Shown piece by piece: positions 13,535-25,521 of a stretch of 64,000 nucleotides of DNA. The notes beneath the pieces were generated by a model. It was given only the letters and a program-made list of their open reading frames with translations, was not told where the DNA came from and ran no database searches. The DNA lies in the NCBI RefSeq assembly GCF_018350175.1, contig NC_058368.1:109060001-109124000 (forward strand), given 5' to 3'. This DNA comes from Felis catus. Taxonomy: Eukaryota. The position numbers and the translations under genes were made by a program. Each line of letters begins with the position of its first letter. Position 1 is the stretch's first letter.

Positions 13535-14288
13535 GTGAGTGTGGCTTGGTCCCAGACAGCCCCCTGCTGCGGGCCAGCATGCCTGGAGCCAGAGCCTGGT
13601 GTGGATCCTCCTCGCGTGGGCTTGTGTGACCTCAGCGCGGCTGGCTGAGGCTGGGGTTTTGGAGCCCGTAGAGTGTCTGCCTCGCTGTGGGTGGGCCTGT
13701 GTGCTGGGGTTTGATTCTCCATGGTCCCCGCAAAGCACAGTTCTCAGGAAACGCCCCCCCCCCAACAGGCTCCCCGCCACAGGCTCACCCAACTTGATGT
13801 TGGCTGTTGATGTTGCTTGTGGAGTTGTTACTGTGGGGTTCTGTTGTTTCCAATTCTGTCCCACCCTGCTCTTTCCACACTGTCTGTCTCTAGGAAATCT
13901 CTTTCTCCTTATGGATTCATCTAGTGTCATTTCCTCAGGCTTCTCTATCACAAGGTGATTAACATGTACGTTGCTCCTATTTATCTGCTTTGTCTTGAAG
14001 GGCGAAAGAATTACTTTAGTTTAATAAGTTGTTAGAGAAATGTTCTCTCCTTCCATAATCCTGCCACCCAATTTTGACACATTGGTGTGGGAATAACCAA
14101 GTTTGGAGATACTGGGTCCCAGTTTCACCCAACATGATTATGTGGGAAATTTCAGGTGAGAGAAGAGATTAGAATCATGGAATAAGGTTCCAGTTGCACC
14201 CTCTTTTTGGGGATTCCCCCATTTTTTTGTATTTTGGGTCCCCCCCCATATTTAAGTAAGAGGAAAGGGGATTTCTTCTATTGGTGGG

Positions 14289-14320
<32 letters not shown>

Positions 14321-15924
14321 ATCCTTCTTGGTTTGGTTTCAGGTTATCAATATCAAATCTCCCCGTAGTGACAGGTTTTACCAAACTGCTTGATCTGTGC
14401 CTGCTTACACACAATGAAAGTTTCTTTGACCAGTTTTAAAAACTCATGGTTTAGACTAGCTCTTATGGTTTCCCTGTCCTGTGGACACAGCCTAGGAAGT
14501 TGCCAGAAGGTCTTTTATCTTCCTGCAATTGTTAGACAGCCATACAGACTGACAGCACATTTTGGCCTCCTTGGACTGGATAGCTCAGGTTGGACCACTC
14601 CAAGCTACTGTCTTTTTATCACCTCTAAGACTGCTATGTTTTTCAGTGTAAATTCTTGGCATACATGTGCCTGGGAGGAGAAAGCACTTTTTTTCCTTAC
14701 TTCTCTGGAATTTGAGAGACACTGTTTTCAAGGTTAGCTACTATTCTGATTTGGAGGTTTCTTCTGGAACCCAGTCTGAGGGTCAGGAAAGCTTATGGGA
14801 AATAAGGACAGACCATTAACTACAGAGCTCTGTCTCCAGGGAAGCACCCCAGATTTACAAGAGAAGGGCAATTTCCTGGAATGAGAGCCAGCATCATCAT
14901 TATCATCAACATTACCTTCATCACATCTTCTGTCCCTGTTTCGATAATTCCCTTGCTAACTGAATTTATTATAAGAGATGGTGGTGACCAGAGATTCTCT
15001 CAAGACACGAGACAAGATTATTCAAAGGTTATTTTCTGCCTCTTCACACAAATGATGTTAATAATCTATGATTCCTGGTTGCTGTTTTGGCATAAGACAC
15101 CAGTACTTCTAAAATATGTTATAATAATATGTTATTGGTATGTGCTCCTATAAGAGAGAGAGAGAGAGAGAGAGGGAATAAAAATAGAAGGGCCCTGACT
15201 GACCATTAGAGATTAGTATGGATTTTAATTTCTGGGGCTTGGACCTTTGCCTCAGGCCCAGATACAGCAGCAAGGAACCACTCTGGTAGGTCAGCCCCTT
15301 CGGTTTCCAGCTGAGGAGGTCCATCCCATGAGGAGCTGCATTACTCTTGCCTTAAGGAGAGTTCTTGCTTCTGTTGGTTGCCCATGGGCTGACCCATGAA
15401 TGCTCCCGGCTGTAGGCACACTGTACCAGGGACAGGACTGCCTTAGACAGAGGGCAGCCCTGGGCCAGCACTACAAAGCTGAGTGCTTATGCTGAAAGTT
15501 TAACAACAGTCTTATCATTCCCCTATAAAAACAGAATAGTTTTCTTATGAATGCCTCGTCCCTGAGGGTGGGACTTCCGGAAGCCATACTCATCAGTCTA
15601 GGGGGGTTGGGGTGATTGGGGGGTCAGGTTAGGGCTGCTGCACTTCCTGCTGTCTGCTCAATGTATGATAGAGACTCTCTAGCAATGCCCTTCTCCTGTT
15701 CAACTTGAATTCAATACCTAGAGAGGCTACGGTGTATAACCTCATATGGTACTCCATTAAATTTTGAAATAATCAGCTAGACTTAATTCTCCATGCAGTA
15801 AAAAGCCATGGCAATCCAAAAATAGAGATCACAGCAGCCCTGAGTATGGTGGCCTGGAAATGGGAGTAAACCCATGCAGAGCCCTGCAGGTAGTCTGGGG
15901 AATTTTTTATGTCCCAGGTTCCTT

Positions 15925-16400
15925 TTTTGTTTGTTTGTTTATGTTTACTTATTTATTTAGAGAGAGAGAGAGACGGGGGTGGGGGGCACCCACGACCAGG
16001 GGAGGGGCAGAGAAAGAGAGAGAGAGAGAATCTCAAGTAGGTTCTGTGCTGTCAGCACAGAGCCCGACATGGGACTTGATCTCACAAACTGTGAGATCAC
16101 GACCTGAGACGAAATCAAGAGTCGCCAACTGAGCCACCCAGCCAACCCTGTCCCAAGTTCCCTTTAAAAGGTTTAGCAAGGGGCACCTGGGTGGCTCAGT
16201 TGGTTGAGCATCTGACTTCGGCTCAGATCATGATCTCACGGTTTGTGGGTTCAAGCCCCACGTCAGGCTCTGTGCTGACAGCTCAGAGCCTGGACCCTGC
16301 TTTGGGTTCTGTGTCTCCCTCTCTCTCTGCCCTCCTCAACTTGTGCTCTGTCTCTCTTTGTCTCTTAAAAATGAATAAATGTTAAAAAAAAATATTTTTA
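15925..16400. mobile_element. Head-to-head inverted CanSINE pair (~15925-16148 minus; ~16181-16400 plus)
   Basis: Two SINEC bodies in opposite orientation about 30 bp apart. Confidence 0.88.
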
Positions 16401-16684
16401 AAAAGGTTTGGCAAGAAGTGACTACAGGTATGAATGGAGTATGTGTATAGGGGGTGAGAAAGAGCCAATAGATGCAACTTGAAGAACTAATAGAAGCTTT
16501 TCAATATCTAGCTGACTAAACATTAGGAACTTGAGGTCGATGATGGCCCTGAAAGCCTGTGGAAGGAAAGGTAGAGTATTTCTAACAACAACCTGGTGGG
16601 GGAAAGACATTGCTCAGAATCAGAAGTAAAGCATACATGTATATATACATGAAGTATACAGTGGCTGGGAAGTAAGGCCTCAAA

Positions 16685-16872
16685 TTCTGCACTAACACAG
16701 TAGCCACTAGCCACATGCAGCTATGTAAATTAAAATTAATTAAAAATAAATAAAATTAAAAATTCATTTCCTCAGTCACACTAGTTACACTAGCTCAACA
16801 GCATGTGGTTATTGGCTACTATATTGAACAAAACAGCTATAGAACACTGCAGAAAGTTCTCTTGGACAGCAC
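16685..16872. mobile_element. MER3-like hAT MITE
   Basis: gtagccactagccacatgcagcta...gaaagttctcttggacagcac. Confidence 0.65.
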
Positions 16873-17904
16873 AGCTCAATTACTGAAGGTCAGTGACCTA
16901 ACATCACAGTTGCTACAGGGACCAACTAAGAGTAGATTCCAAAAAATATAAACTGGGTTCATTTTTCAACTCATGTGCTAATAGGCTGGGGGAGGAGGCT
17001 GAGGGTTGACCATTTGATAAGTTGTGTTTTGCTCTGAGATTAATTCCTATTGAGGCTTTAGAGGGGCACATGCAATTATAGGAGGCCCCTATACCTATTA
17101 CATGTGATTTATTTTCTGGGATAACTGAGTACTGACAAATAGGTGAGAAAAACAAGAGAAGAATGGCGGAAGAATGGCTAAGAGATTTTGAGAAATAAAA
17201 AGTAGAAAAGAACAGAAAATATAAATAAAGTATGAAAAAATAAATAGAAATAGAAAAATTAGGAAAGAATAGAAGTCAAGTGTGTGTAATAAGAAAAGTT
17301 TCTAGATGGTTAAAAAAAAAAAAGATAACATTGACTGTCTCCCAAAAACTGGTTTGATTACTCACTGGCGAGTCTGTTGAGAGCCACAGGGATAGCCCAT
17401 CGGAGGGTGTCCATATGTACATCTTCTCCTCTGACTGTAAGAAGAGCCCAGAAAGCACAGATGCCTTGGCCACCCTTTACCTGATAAACTTTTGAGCTTC
17501 GTCATCTGGGGCCCCAGGAATTCTTCAAGGGATGGAGACACTAAAAAGACACTAGATTGTGTTTCTTTTATGACCCACCCTGGCTATTACATTTGAGATG
17601 ACTTTCTCCCACTGCCCTGGCTTACACGCACCCACAGTTAATGTTACTCCTTATGGTCTGGTTCTGGCTTCAAGTACAACTGATGATGATTGGTCTTATG
17701 GTTTGATCAAGACTTTGAAACTTGGAGGTGCTTTTGTTTATTCCTATTATCAATGGAAATCTTATGAGGTGCCCCCCTTCCTGATTTCCTTTAAACAGGC
17801 ACACTACAATTTCACAAAATAAAAATCATTTGGGGGGAACTTGTGGTGAACACTATGAAAGCTTGTATTCTGAAAAATTATAAACCCTTAAAAATTTATT
17901 CCAG

Positions 17905-18031
17905 GTTTATTCCTGAATCTCCCCGGTGGTTGATATCCCAGAGAAGATTTATAGAGGCTGAAAATATCATCCAAAAAGCTGCAAAAATGAACAACAAAGC
18001 GGCCCCGGTGGTGATTTTTGATCCTATGGAG
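17905..18031 (+). CDS. SLC22A4: SLC22A4 coding exon 5
   Basis: ttccag|G...GAG|gtaaac; 127 nt; [42 protein letters not shown] (PESPRWL motif). Confidence 0.97.
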
Positions 18032-19204
18032 GTAAACATTTGCAGATGTGCCCTCTTGAGGTCAGCCATACATTCTTGATTTCATGGAATGTAATTTAAT
18101 CCGATGTGTTTTGAGTGCCCACTATGTACCACGTGCTGCATGCGTCCTTAGAGACATAGTGATGATTAAGTTCTGAGATGAAACCCACGTCAAAAGGCTG
18201 TGTATGAATTAGGTGCGATCATGTATGTAAACTGCTTAGCATAGAGCAAGTGTTGATTAAATACTAATTCCCTTTCCTTTGGCAAGTTTACTTCCAACTT
18301 TTTACTGGTACTGCTCCAAACCACTGGTGCAGTTGCATATCACATAATCTAAATGTCCACATTAAGTGGAAAAAAATGTAGTTGAGGGAAATTCCACGCA
18401 GGATTTACCCACTGTATTCTGAATCGTTCCAAAGTTGCTGAGGAAGCTGTATATGCCTTTAGTCTTGTTGTGTCGTGTCTAGAACCTAAAGGTGTGAAAG
18501 CACGGGCTCAAGGGTTCACCCCAAAAGGCTCGAAGGTTCACCCCTGAAGGCAAGAGACCATGCGAAAAAGATATTCCATGGTGGCAGCCACACTTCCTGA
18601 CAGTCAGTGAAGACTTGCAGTGTCCCCATTCATGCCCTGTGCCACATCCTAGAGAAAATGAGAAAGTGAGATACAGTTCCTATGCTTAAGGAGCATAGCA
18701 TGTAGCTAAGAGTGTCACCAAGATTAGATGAAACATAAATGATGCCAGGAGGGAGGAAATGCTTATGTATCCAAGGAGTAGATGCTGTGTGCCAGCAGAG
18801 AAAGGGAACAGACAGACTCAGAGCTGAAGAGGCAGGTCTGAACCAGGGGTGGGGGCCCTTAGATGAATGGAAAGAATGGAGCAGGGCTATCCTGGCTGGG
18901 AGAAGGGTAGGGGTCTGCTCAGGAAACCCAAAGAAGACTAGGGCAGCTGCAGCAACAGTATGCCTGCCCACATTGAAGTCCGCACTGTTGGCTTCCACAG
19001 AAAGCAGAACTTTCAGAGGGTGGTGGGCACACCACTGCTCCACCCCAAGGGCTTCCTCCGTCCCTGGCCTTTGGCACCTCTGTCAGAAGCAGATGTCCTG
19101 GCAATGGCTGGAGAGTTAATTACAGTGCCAGGAACCCAAGGTCCCAGAGGGCTGCTGGGACAGAGATTGCTGAATACTTCACTCTTCACATCAGGAATTC
19201 TGTT

Positions 19205-19405
19205 CCCCCCGTGGCTCAGTTGGTTAAGCATCTGATTTCAGCTCAGGTCATGATCTCATGGTTTGTGAGCTCGAGCCCTGCATGAGGCTCTGTGCCAACA
19301 GCTCAGAGCCAGGAGCCTGCTTCAAATTCTGTGTCTCCTGCTCTCTCTGCCCCTCCCCCCCGCCTCTCTGTCTCCAAAAATAAACATTAAAAAAATGTTT
19401 TAAAA
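19205..19405 (+). mobile_element. CanSINE
   Basis: gtggctcagttggttaagcatctgatttcagctcaggtcatgatc...aataaacattaaaa. Confidence 0.9.
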
Positions 19406-20257
19406 AAAGAATTTCATTCCCAGCCTTAGATAATTTATTGGACATGGGGAGTGTCCAGTGAACTCTTCTGCATCTCAGGGCTGTGGTGGTTGTTTGTTGA
19501 TATTTATTGGATATGTGATCTGATTCCTGTGTTTGAGGAATTTACAGTGTAGTAGTAGAAGGCAGACTTACAAGAGATAGTTAGAGGCAAATAAGAATAA
19601 AGTCCAGTGTCAAAACACATGCTTCTGATAGCATCTTGTTTCTTCCTACCATGAGGCATTTGGAGCCTGAATTGGACAAGCCTGCTGGAGGAAAGAGAGC
19701 CAGTGTTCATCTCTGCTGCTCACCTCCCGGTGACAGTGGAGAGGAGTCCTCTTAAGGAGGGTCCACAGAGACCTACGTCAGCAAGTGCGGCCTGCTCAGA
19801 ATGATAATGGAGAGTCTACCAGATGCCAGGCATGGTATTCAAATTATTTGATGTTCATTCAAGCCATAGCTCGTGGATACTACTCTAGGCTCTTTTTTTC
19901 GGGAGAAGAAATTGAGGCACAGAGAAGTTAAGTAATTTGCCTAGAATTACACAGCTAGAAGTCTCACTAGAGCTGTCTGGTGCCAAAGTACATGCTCTTC
20001 ACCACTGTGCTTTCTTATCTCATGGTAGAGGCAGTGGACAGGAAAAAATACAGAGTAGTATCATCTTGGAAAGTGATCTGGGGCTTCTCTGGCTTTCCTT
20101 CTCAAGCACCTTTAACCTGCTCATTGAGTCTGGTTCAAGGGCATTTTGGTGACTCCATACAGAGTCAAGCACTGGATATAAGAATATTCTTGTCCTGAGG
20201 TTTCCAAACCTGGCTGTCATCAAAATCACCCAAGGAGCTTTAAAAATACTGTCCTTG

Positions 20258-20470
20258 GAATGCCTGGGTGGCTCAGTCATTTGGATGTCCGACTTCGGCT
20301 CAGGTCATGATCTCATGGTCCGTGAGTTCGAGACCCACATGAGGCTCTGTGCTGATAGCTCAAAGCCTGGAGTCTGCTTCATATTCTGTGTCTCCCTCTC
20401 TCTCTGCCCCTTCCCCACTCATGCCGTGTCTCTCAAAAATAAATAAACATTAAAAAAATTGTTTTAAAAA
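20258..20470 (+). mobile_element. CanSINE inserted in a MER5-like element
   Basis: SINEC head, body and tail. Confidence 0.85.
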
Positions 20471-20884
20471 AATACAGAATCCTAGGCTTCAGGGCCCACA
20501 GGAACTATTCAGATCCAGCAGGGCCAGGGTAAGACCTGGCGATCTGCATTTTCATAAAGCACCAAGTGTTAGCATAGACCTGGTGCCCAGGTCCTATCCA
20601 TGCATGGCACCACTTCCAGAACCCCCATGAAGACTTCTAGTTCCCACTAGTTTATGCAGGGGCTTTGCTTTGTTGTGATAACAGGGTTCTACTGCCAGGG
20701 GCATGTTCTAGAGCTGCACACTCCAAATACTGTAGAAGAAGAAAGGCGATATGTCTGCGAACTGCAGGAGGAAGTGTGGTTATTCTTGGGAAGACAGATG
20801 CTCATATTTGGGGAACGCTTGCTACAATGGCCAGTCTGGCAGTCTTACTCCTTCATTGTAGACACTCCTTCCTCGGCCTCTTAT

Positions 20885-20923
20885 TTTTTTAAATCTTTTT
20901 TTTTTAATGTTTATTTATTTATT

Positions 20924-20972
<49 letters not shown>

Positions 20973-21147
20973 ACAAGTAGGGGAGGGGCAGAGAGAGAGA
21001 GAGAGAAGGAGACACAGAATCCGAAGCAGGCTCCAGACTCTGAGCTGTCAGCAGGGAGCCTGACACGGGGCTCAAACTCACCAACTGTGAGATCATGACC
21101 TGAGCTGAAGTCAGACGCTTAAGCGACTGAGCCACCCAGGTGCCCCT
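20885..21147 (-). mobile_element. CanSINE with expanded (GA)n
   Basis: Reverse SINEC body. Confidence 0.9.
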
Positions 21148-21699
21148 CAGCGTCTTACTGCACATGCACTCTATGTGCTCGCACTTTATCCCAAAAAGAT
21201 TACCCACCTCAGGGCCTTGTAACTTTTTTACAAGTTCCACTGAGCTTGGTTATCTAGATTCCTAACACATGGCAAATTCACTTTAGTTAAATTAAAAATA
21301 AAGGAGGGAAGCCCATTGACAGCAGTAAGAAATTGCCACTAGCCAAATAGCACCTTTTCCTCAGTGATGCAGTAGTAGCAATAAGTATAGTTAAAATGTA
21401 TTGGGTATCTACTATGGTTCAAGTACTATGCTAAGCTTTATACACATATATATGATCTCATGTAATCTTCTCAACTCCCAATTATTATACCTTTTTAACA
21501 TACAAGTAAACTGAGGCTCAGGGGGAATAGTCACTTGCCCAAGGTCCCTCAGTCAGCCCAAATCCGTTCTGACTCTGAGACAACAACAAGAAAAATATAA
21601 AAAGCAGACATGAACCCCAAGGCAGTTAGGGGCTGCTTGGCCCTAAGGAGCACAGGTCCTAAGGATCACAGCTCCGTGTGATTAAGGTCACCACAGTGA

Positions 21700-21945
21700 T
21701 GTGACCATGAGTCAAGAAAAGGCTGTTAGCAATCAGGCTTTATATGAAGAGACAGTGAAGCCAATGTTACATATTTCAAAGGCTTCTGTCTAAAATGGAC
21801 CACAAGTATTTTAAAGTGTTAGAATAAGCATCATATATGTAGATGCCCTTATTCCCCTCAAATTCCAGACTTCTGAGCATACTCAAGGCGAAGCAGAGTT
21901 ACAAGCATTAGTCTTTCCCACACTGTCATGGTTGAAGATACTTCC
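21700..21945 (-). pseudogene. Fossil segment, TAGT-like
   Basis: SIFNHDSVG...RSLEFEGNK...KYLWSIL vs recalled GREB1 SIFNSAGVG...HNLELERNR...QDIWPFI. Confidence 0.45.
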
Positions 21946-21986
21946 TTACTAACCTCTTCATCTCCTGGTTATTTGCATTATTTTAG

Positions 21987-22087
21987 CTACAGGAACTAAA
22001 ACTCCCAAGCCAGCAGAAAATTCTCATTCTCAGCCTGTTCAGGACTCGGAACATTGCCACAATTACCATTATGTCTTTGATGTTGTG
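21987..22087 (+). CDS. SLC22A4: SLC22A4 coding exon 6 (alternative in-frame acceptor gives start 21993)
   Basis: ttttag|CTACAG GAA...TTGTG|gtaagt; 101 nt (95 nt from the second AG); [34 protein letters not shown]. Confidence 0.93.
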
Positions 22088-22099
22088 GTAAGTAACAAG

Positions 22100-23330
22100 T
22101 GATCTAGAAATGTGACATGCAGCCCATAAGTGTACAATTGATTTTCTTTAATCCACCGGGAACATCAGGGCATGGCCTGAGTTTTCCTGAGACAAAATAA
22201 AAATTATAGAATTCTAAGCCATTTGGAAATGTCTCCATTCAATTCACAGAACTGGATGCTGAAAAAAAAGTCACAAGGGATAATCTTTAGGTCTGCAGTC
22301 CTGTGGTCCACATGGAAAGGGTCTGCCAATCCTAGGGTAGTTGAGATGAAGACCATTAATGTTCCTGGTGCCTGAGACTGAGAGGGTAATTCAGCTCCTG
22401 CTTCTCCAAGCTGGACTGGCAGCTGACCAGTGACATCACAACATCCCCACTGCATCGGACTTCTGATAAGCTTTTCACCCTTGCCAATAGCAGACTACCC
22501 AGTGATTTTTCAGGCATAGAAATAATGAATTGACTCTGTAGGCTAGATTTGATGATGTATCTACCAAGAAGTGAGGAAGGGGAAAAGAAGACCTGCCTAC
22601 CCGACAGTGGCAACACAAGAAATTGTAGGTTCAGAGACTGCAGTGAGTCTGCTTTTAGGGCCATCCTGTTTTGCAGTTAGAAGAAATCAATGACAGAGTT
22701 GTGCCCCTTGATACAGCAAGTGTGTCACAAGCACATGGCTTTCCTCACTCTACACCTGCTTACTTCTTCTATGTCAGCGTATGTCATTGGTGCAAATGTA
22801 TCTCGAGTGCTACTGAACCAGTACTAGTCACTAGTTTTGCCTGCATTGTACTTATTACCAAATGCGACCATCGCGAAAATCCTCAGACTGATAACGTTCC
22901 ATTTTTTCTTTTGTTTTGCATTAGCCCTTGTGCTACCCAACCCAGTAGAATATGTATAAAAAGATCCGACATTGTTCCTGAAAACATTTTTCAAATGTCC
23001 TCTGCTTTTCGGTCATGTCAATAATAAGCAAATTTCTGCACAGAGGAGTCTTTAAAGGGCAGTTGTTTTTTGCACAGAAAAGCTTCACGGTTATGTGGAA
23101 ATTCACTGTAATGATGGGATATGGGCTGTGTACTGTGTGATACTTTGAACCATTATGGGGACTTTCATTCTTTTCCCCAAAGTGAGTTTTAATAAATTGA
23201 TAGGAATTTACCGTAAGTGAATCCCATAGTATTACCTATGTATCTTCGTTTTTCTTTTTGATAAGAATGAAATCTGGATTTTATGTTCACTGACGTGACT
23301 GACAATCTTTCTTCAAATTATAGTTGTAAG
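22100..23330 (-). pseudogene. Large fossil exon, GREB1 C-terminal half (SF2-like motif region and start of the TAGT domain)
   Basis: In order: FPHNREAFLCKKQLPFKDSSVQKFAYY; ILLG..MQNKRKNGT/LRIFAMV; YADIEEVSR; FFSPSSLLGRYIIKSSLQSQFIISMPEKSLGSLLLARVKSLSE. Each has a recalled GREB1/GREB1L counterpart in the same order. Confidence 0.65.
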
Positions 23331-23424
23331 GGAATGAGGATGTACACAAGCTGTTCAGGAAATAACGAAATTTGAAATTCATTAGACCAGGGTAGGTATT
23401 GTTGAATGTTGGTATATCTAGACT

Positions 23425-23630
23425 AGGGCTATCCAATAGAACTTTCCACAATTATGAAAATGTTTTACGTCTGAGTTGTCCATTTTAGTAACTACTAGCC
23501 CCATGCAGCTATTAAGTGGGTTGAAGTGTGGCAAGTATCACTGAAGAATTGAATTTATAATTTTATTTAATTTTAACTTATTTTCTTTTAAATAGCCATA
23601 TGTGGTTAGTGGCTACTTGTAGGACAGAAA
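23425..23630. mobile_element. MER3-like hAT MITE
   Basis: ctatccaatagaactttcc...aaatagccatatgtggttagtggctac. Confidence 0.65.
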
Positions 23631-23718
23631 GATCTAGACAATTTCTTGACCATCATGGAATTATTGAGTGGTTCGGGTCATCCTCTCATCACTTTTGTGT
23701 TTTTCTGTGGTTTTGCAG

Positions 23719-23933
23719 GATGCTTACCTCAGTGGGTTACTTTGCTCTGTCTCTCAACGCTCCTAATTTACATGGAGATGCCTATTTGAACTGTTTCCTC
23801 TCTGCCTTGATTGAAGTTCCAGCCTACATTACAGCCTGGCTCCTGTTGCAAACCCTGCCTAGACGCTATATCATAGCTGGAGTACTGTTCTTGGGAGGAG
23901 GTGTGCTTCTCTTAATTCAACTGGTACCTGAAG
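23719..23933 (+). CDS. SLC22A4: SLC22A4 coding exon 7
   Basis: ttgcag|G...GAAG|gtaaga; 215 nt; [71 protein letters not shown]. Confidence 0.97.
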
Positions 23934-23967
23934 GTAAGAAGTTAACCAATTTTAAGAGCTTACTAGA

Positions 23968-24190
23968 GGGGTGCCTGGGTGGCTCAGTCGATTAAGAGGC
24001 CAGCTGCGGCTCAGGTCATGATCTCACGGTCCGTGGGTTCAAGCCCCGCGTCGGGCTCTGTGCTGACAGCTCAGAGCCTGGAGCCTGTTTCAGATTCTGT
24101 GTCTCCCTCTCTCTGACCCTCCCCTGTTCATGCTCTGTCTCTCCCTGTCTCAAAAATAAATAAAATGTTTTAAAAAATTTTTTTAAAAAA
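23968..24190 (+). mobile_element. CanSINE 34 bp downstream of the exon 7 donor
   Basis: SINEC consensus; TSD aagagcttactaga. Confidence 0.9.
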
Positions 24191-24216
24191 AAGAGCTTAC
24201 TAGAAAAGCTCCACAC

Positions 24217-24531
24217 CTTGACTAAACTCATCATTTGTCACTGTGCCCTGTTGTTATGTAGCCTTTAGATCGTAAGTTCTTCATAACTCAATCCAATCAG
24301 ATAAGTGATAGACAACTACATAATTTTCCTGTGTTCGTAACAAACACTCCCCCCCCCCCAAACAGGAGTCAGCCTGAGAGAATCAGAAGTCACTGAGAGG
24401 AAAAACAATACTGTCAATCATCCCCTTGGTACTTTTATATGAGGCACATATTCCAGTGTTGTAGTTTGTAGTACTTGCCAGGTCCAGTGTAAGTCAGTGA
24501 TTTTTTTTTAAGATTTGATTTGATTCATTAT

Positions 24532-24580
<49 letters not shown>

Positions 24581-24900
24581 ATGAACTGCGGGAGAGGGGC
24601 AGAGGGAGAGAGGCAGAATCCCAAACAGGCACCACACTGTCAGCACAGAGCCCGATGTGGGGCTCAATCCCACAACCCAGGGATCATGACCTGAGCTGAA
24701 ATCAAGAGTCAGATGCTCAAACGACTGAGTCACCCAAGCACTCCTTAAAATTTTATTTTTAAGTAATCTCTAAGTGGGACTTAAACTCATGACTCCAAGA
24801 TCAAGAGTTGCATGCTCTTCTGACTGAGTCAGCCAGGTGCCCTTAGGCCAGTGATTTTTATGGTCTGTAATCTTTAAGTTGTTAAAGAGCACATAAAGAC
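24217..24900 (-). pseudogene. Fossil exon split by SINEs at ~24500-24843
   Basis: QTIKITDL...PHIKVPRG...L*RTYDLKAT*QQGTVTNDEFSQ G|gtgtgg vs recalled ETLSIMDDL...LIIRVPS...[21 protein letters not shown]. Confidence 0.5.
24500..24843 (-). mobile_element. Two CanSINEs (full-length plus short older copy)
   Basis: Reverse SINEC bodies; flanking cagtgattttt repeat. Confidence 0.85.
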
Positions 24901-25211
24901 ATTTGCTTCTTTTTTCTCTTTATATCAACCTTTATCATATTAAAATGTTATCAATAGATCATTGATACATAGTATTATACATAGAAATATATATTTCTTA
25001 ATAATTAACAGGATAAAAAGGATTGGTTCTTCCCTTTGAGGATTAAATTTAACTATATTAGCATGCTAACAACTTACTCTGAAACTGTTGTTACACATAA
25101 AAGTGGACAAAGGTCACTGAAGGAATAAATGATCTAGAAAAACAGTACAGAAAAACAGGAAGCAACCTGTCACTCTCCACCTTTGTTTGTGTCTAATTAT
25201 TAAGATATTTG

Positions 25212-25400
25212 AGGGGCTCAATTGGTTGAATGTCTGACTCTTGATTTCAACTCAGTTCATGATCTCAGGGTCATGAGATTGAGCCCCATGTTGGGATCCA
25301 CACTGGGCTTGGGGCCTGCTTAAGATTCTGTCTCCCTCTACCTCTCATTCTCTCTCTCTCTCGCTCTCCTAAAAAAAAAAGAAAGAAAGAAAATAAAAAG
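25212..25400 (+). mobile_element. Older CanSINE
   Basis: ggctcaattggttgaatgtctgactcttgatttc...(CT)n and A-tail. Confidence 0.8.
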
Positions 25401-25521
25401 ATATTTAAAGAAAAAGTGTTACTTGAGGAATATCTTTATACTATAAAAACTAATCCCCAAACAAGCAAAAAGGACAACAAAAGCAACTGAGTTAAGAAAA
25501 TCTCACTTCTAAAACCACTTC

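Noticed and set aside
20650..21230. Possible last exon of the GREB1-like fossil (RSVYNEGVRLPDW...PHFLL)
   Set aside because: Position fits, but similarity to the recalled GREB1 C-terminus is too weak and the segment is split by a SINE; excluded from the call.
22671..23024. 117-aa plus-strand ORF in intron 6
   Set aside because: TTG start and no similarity; more likely the antisense shadow of the minus-strand fossil frame.
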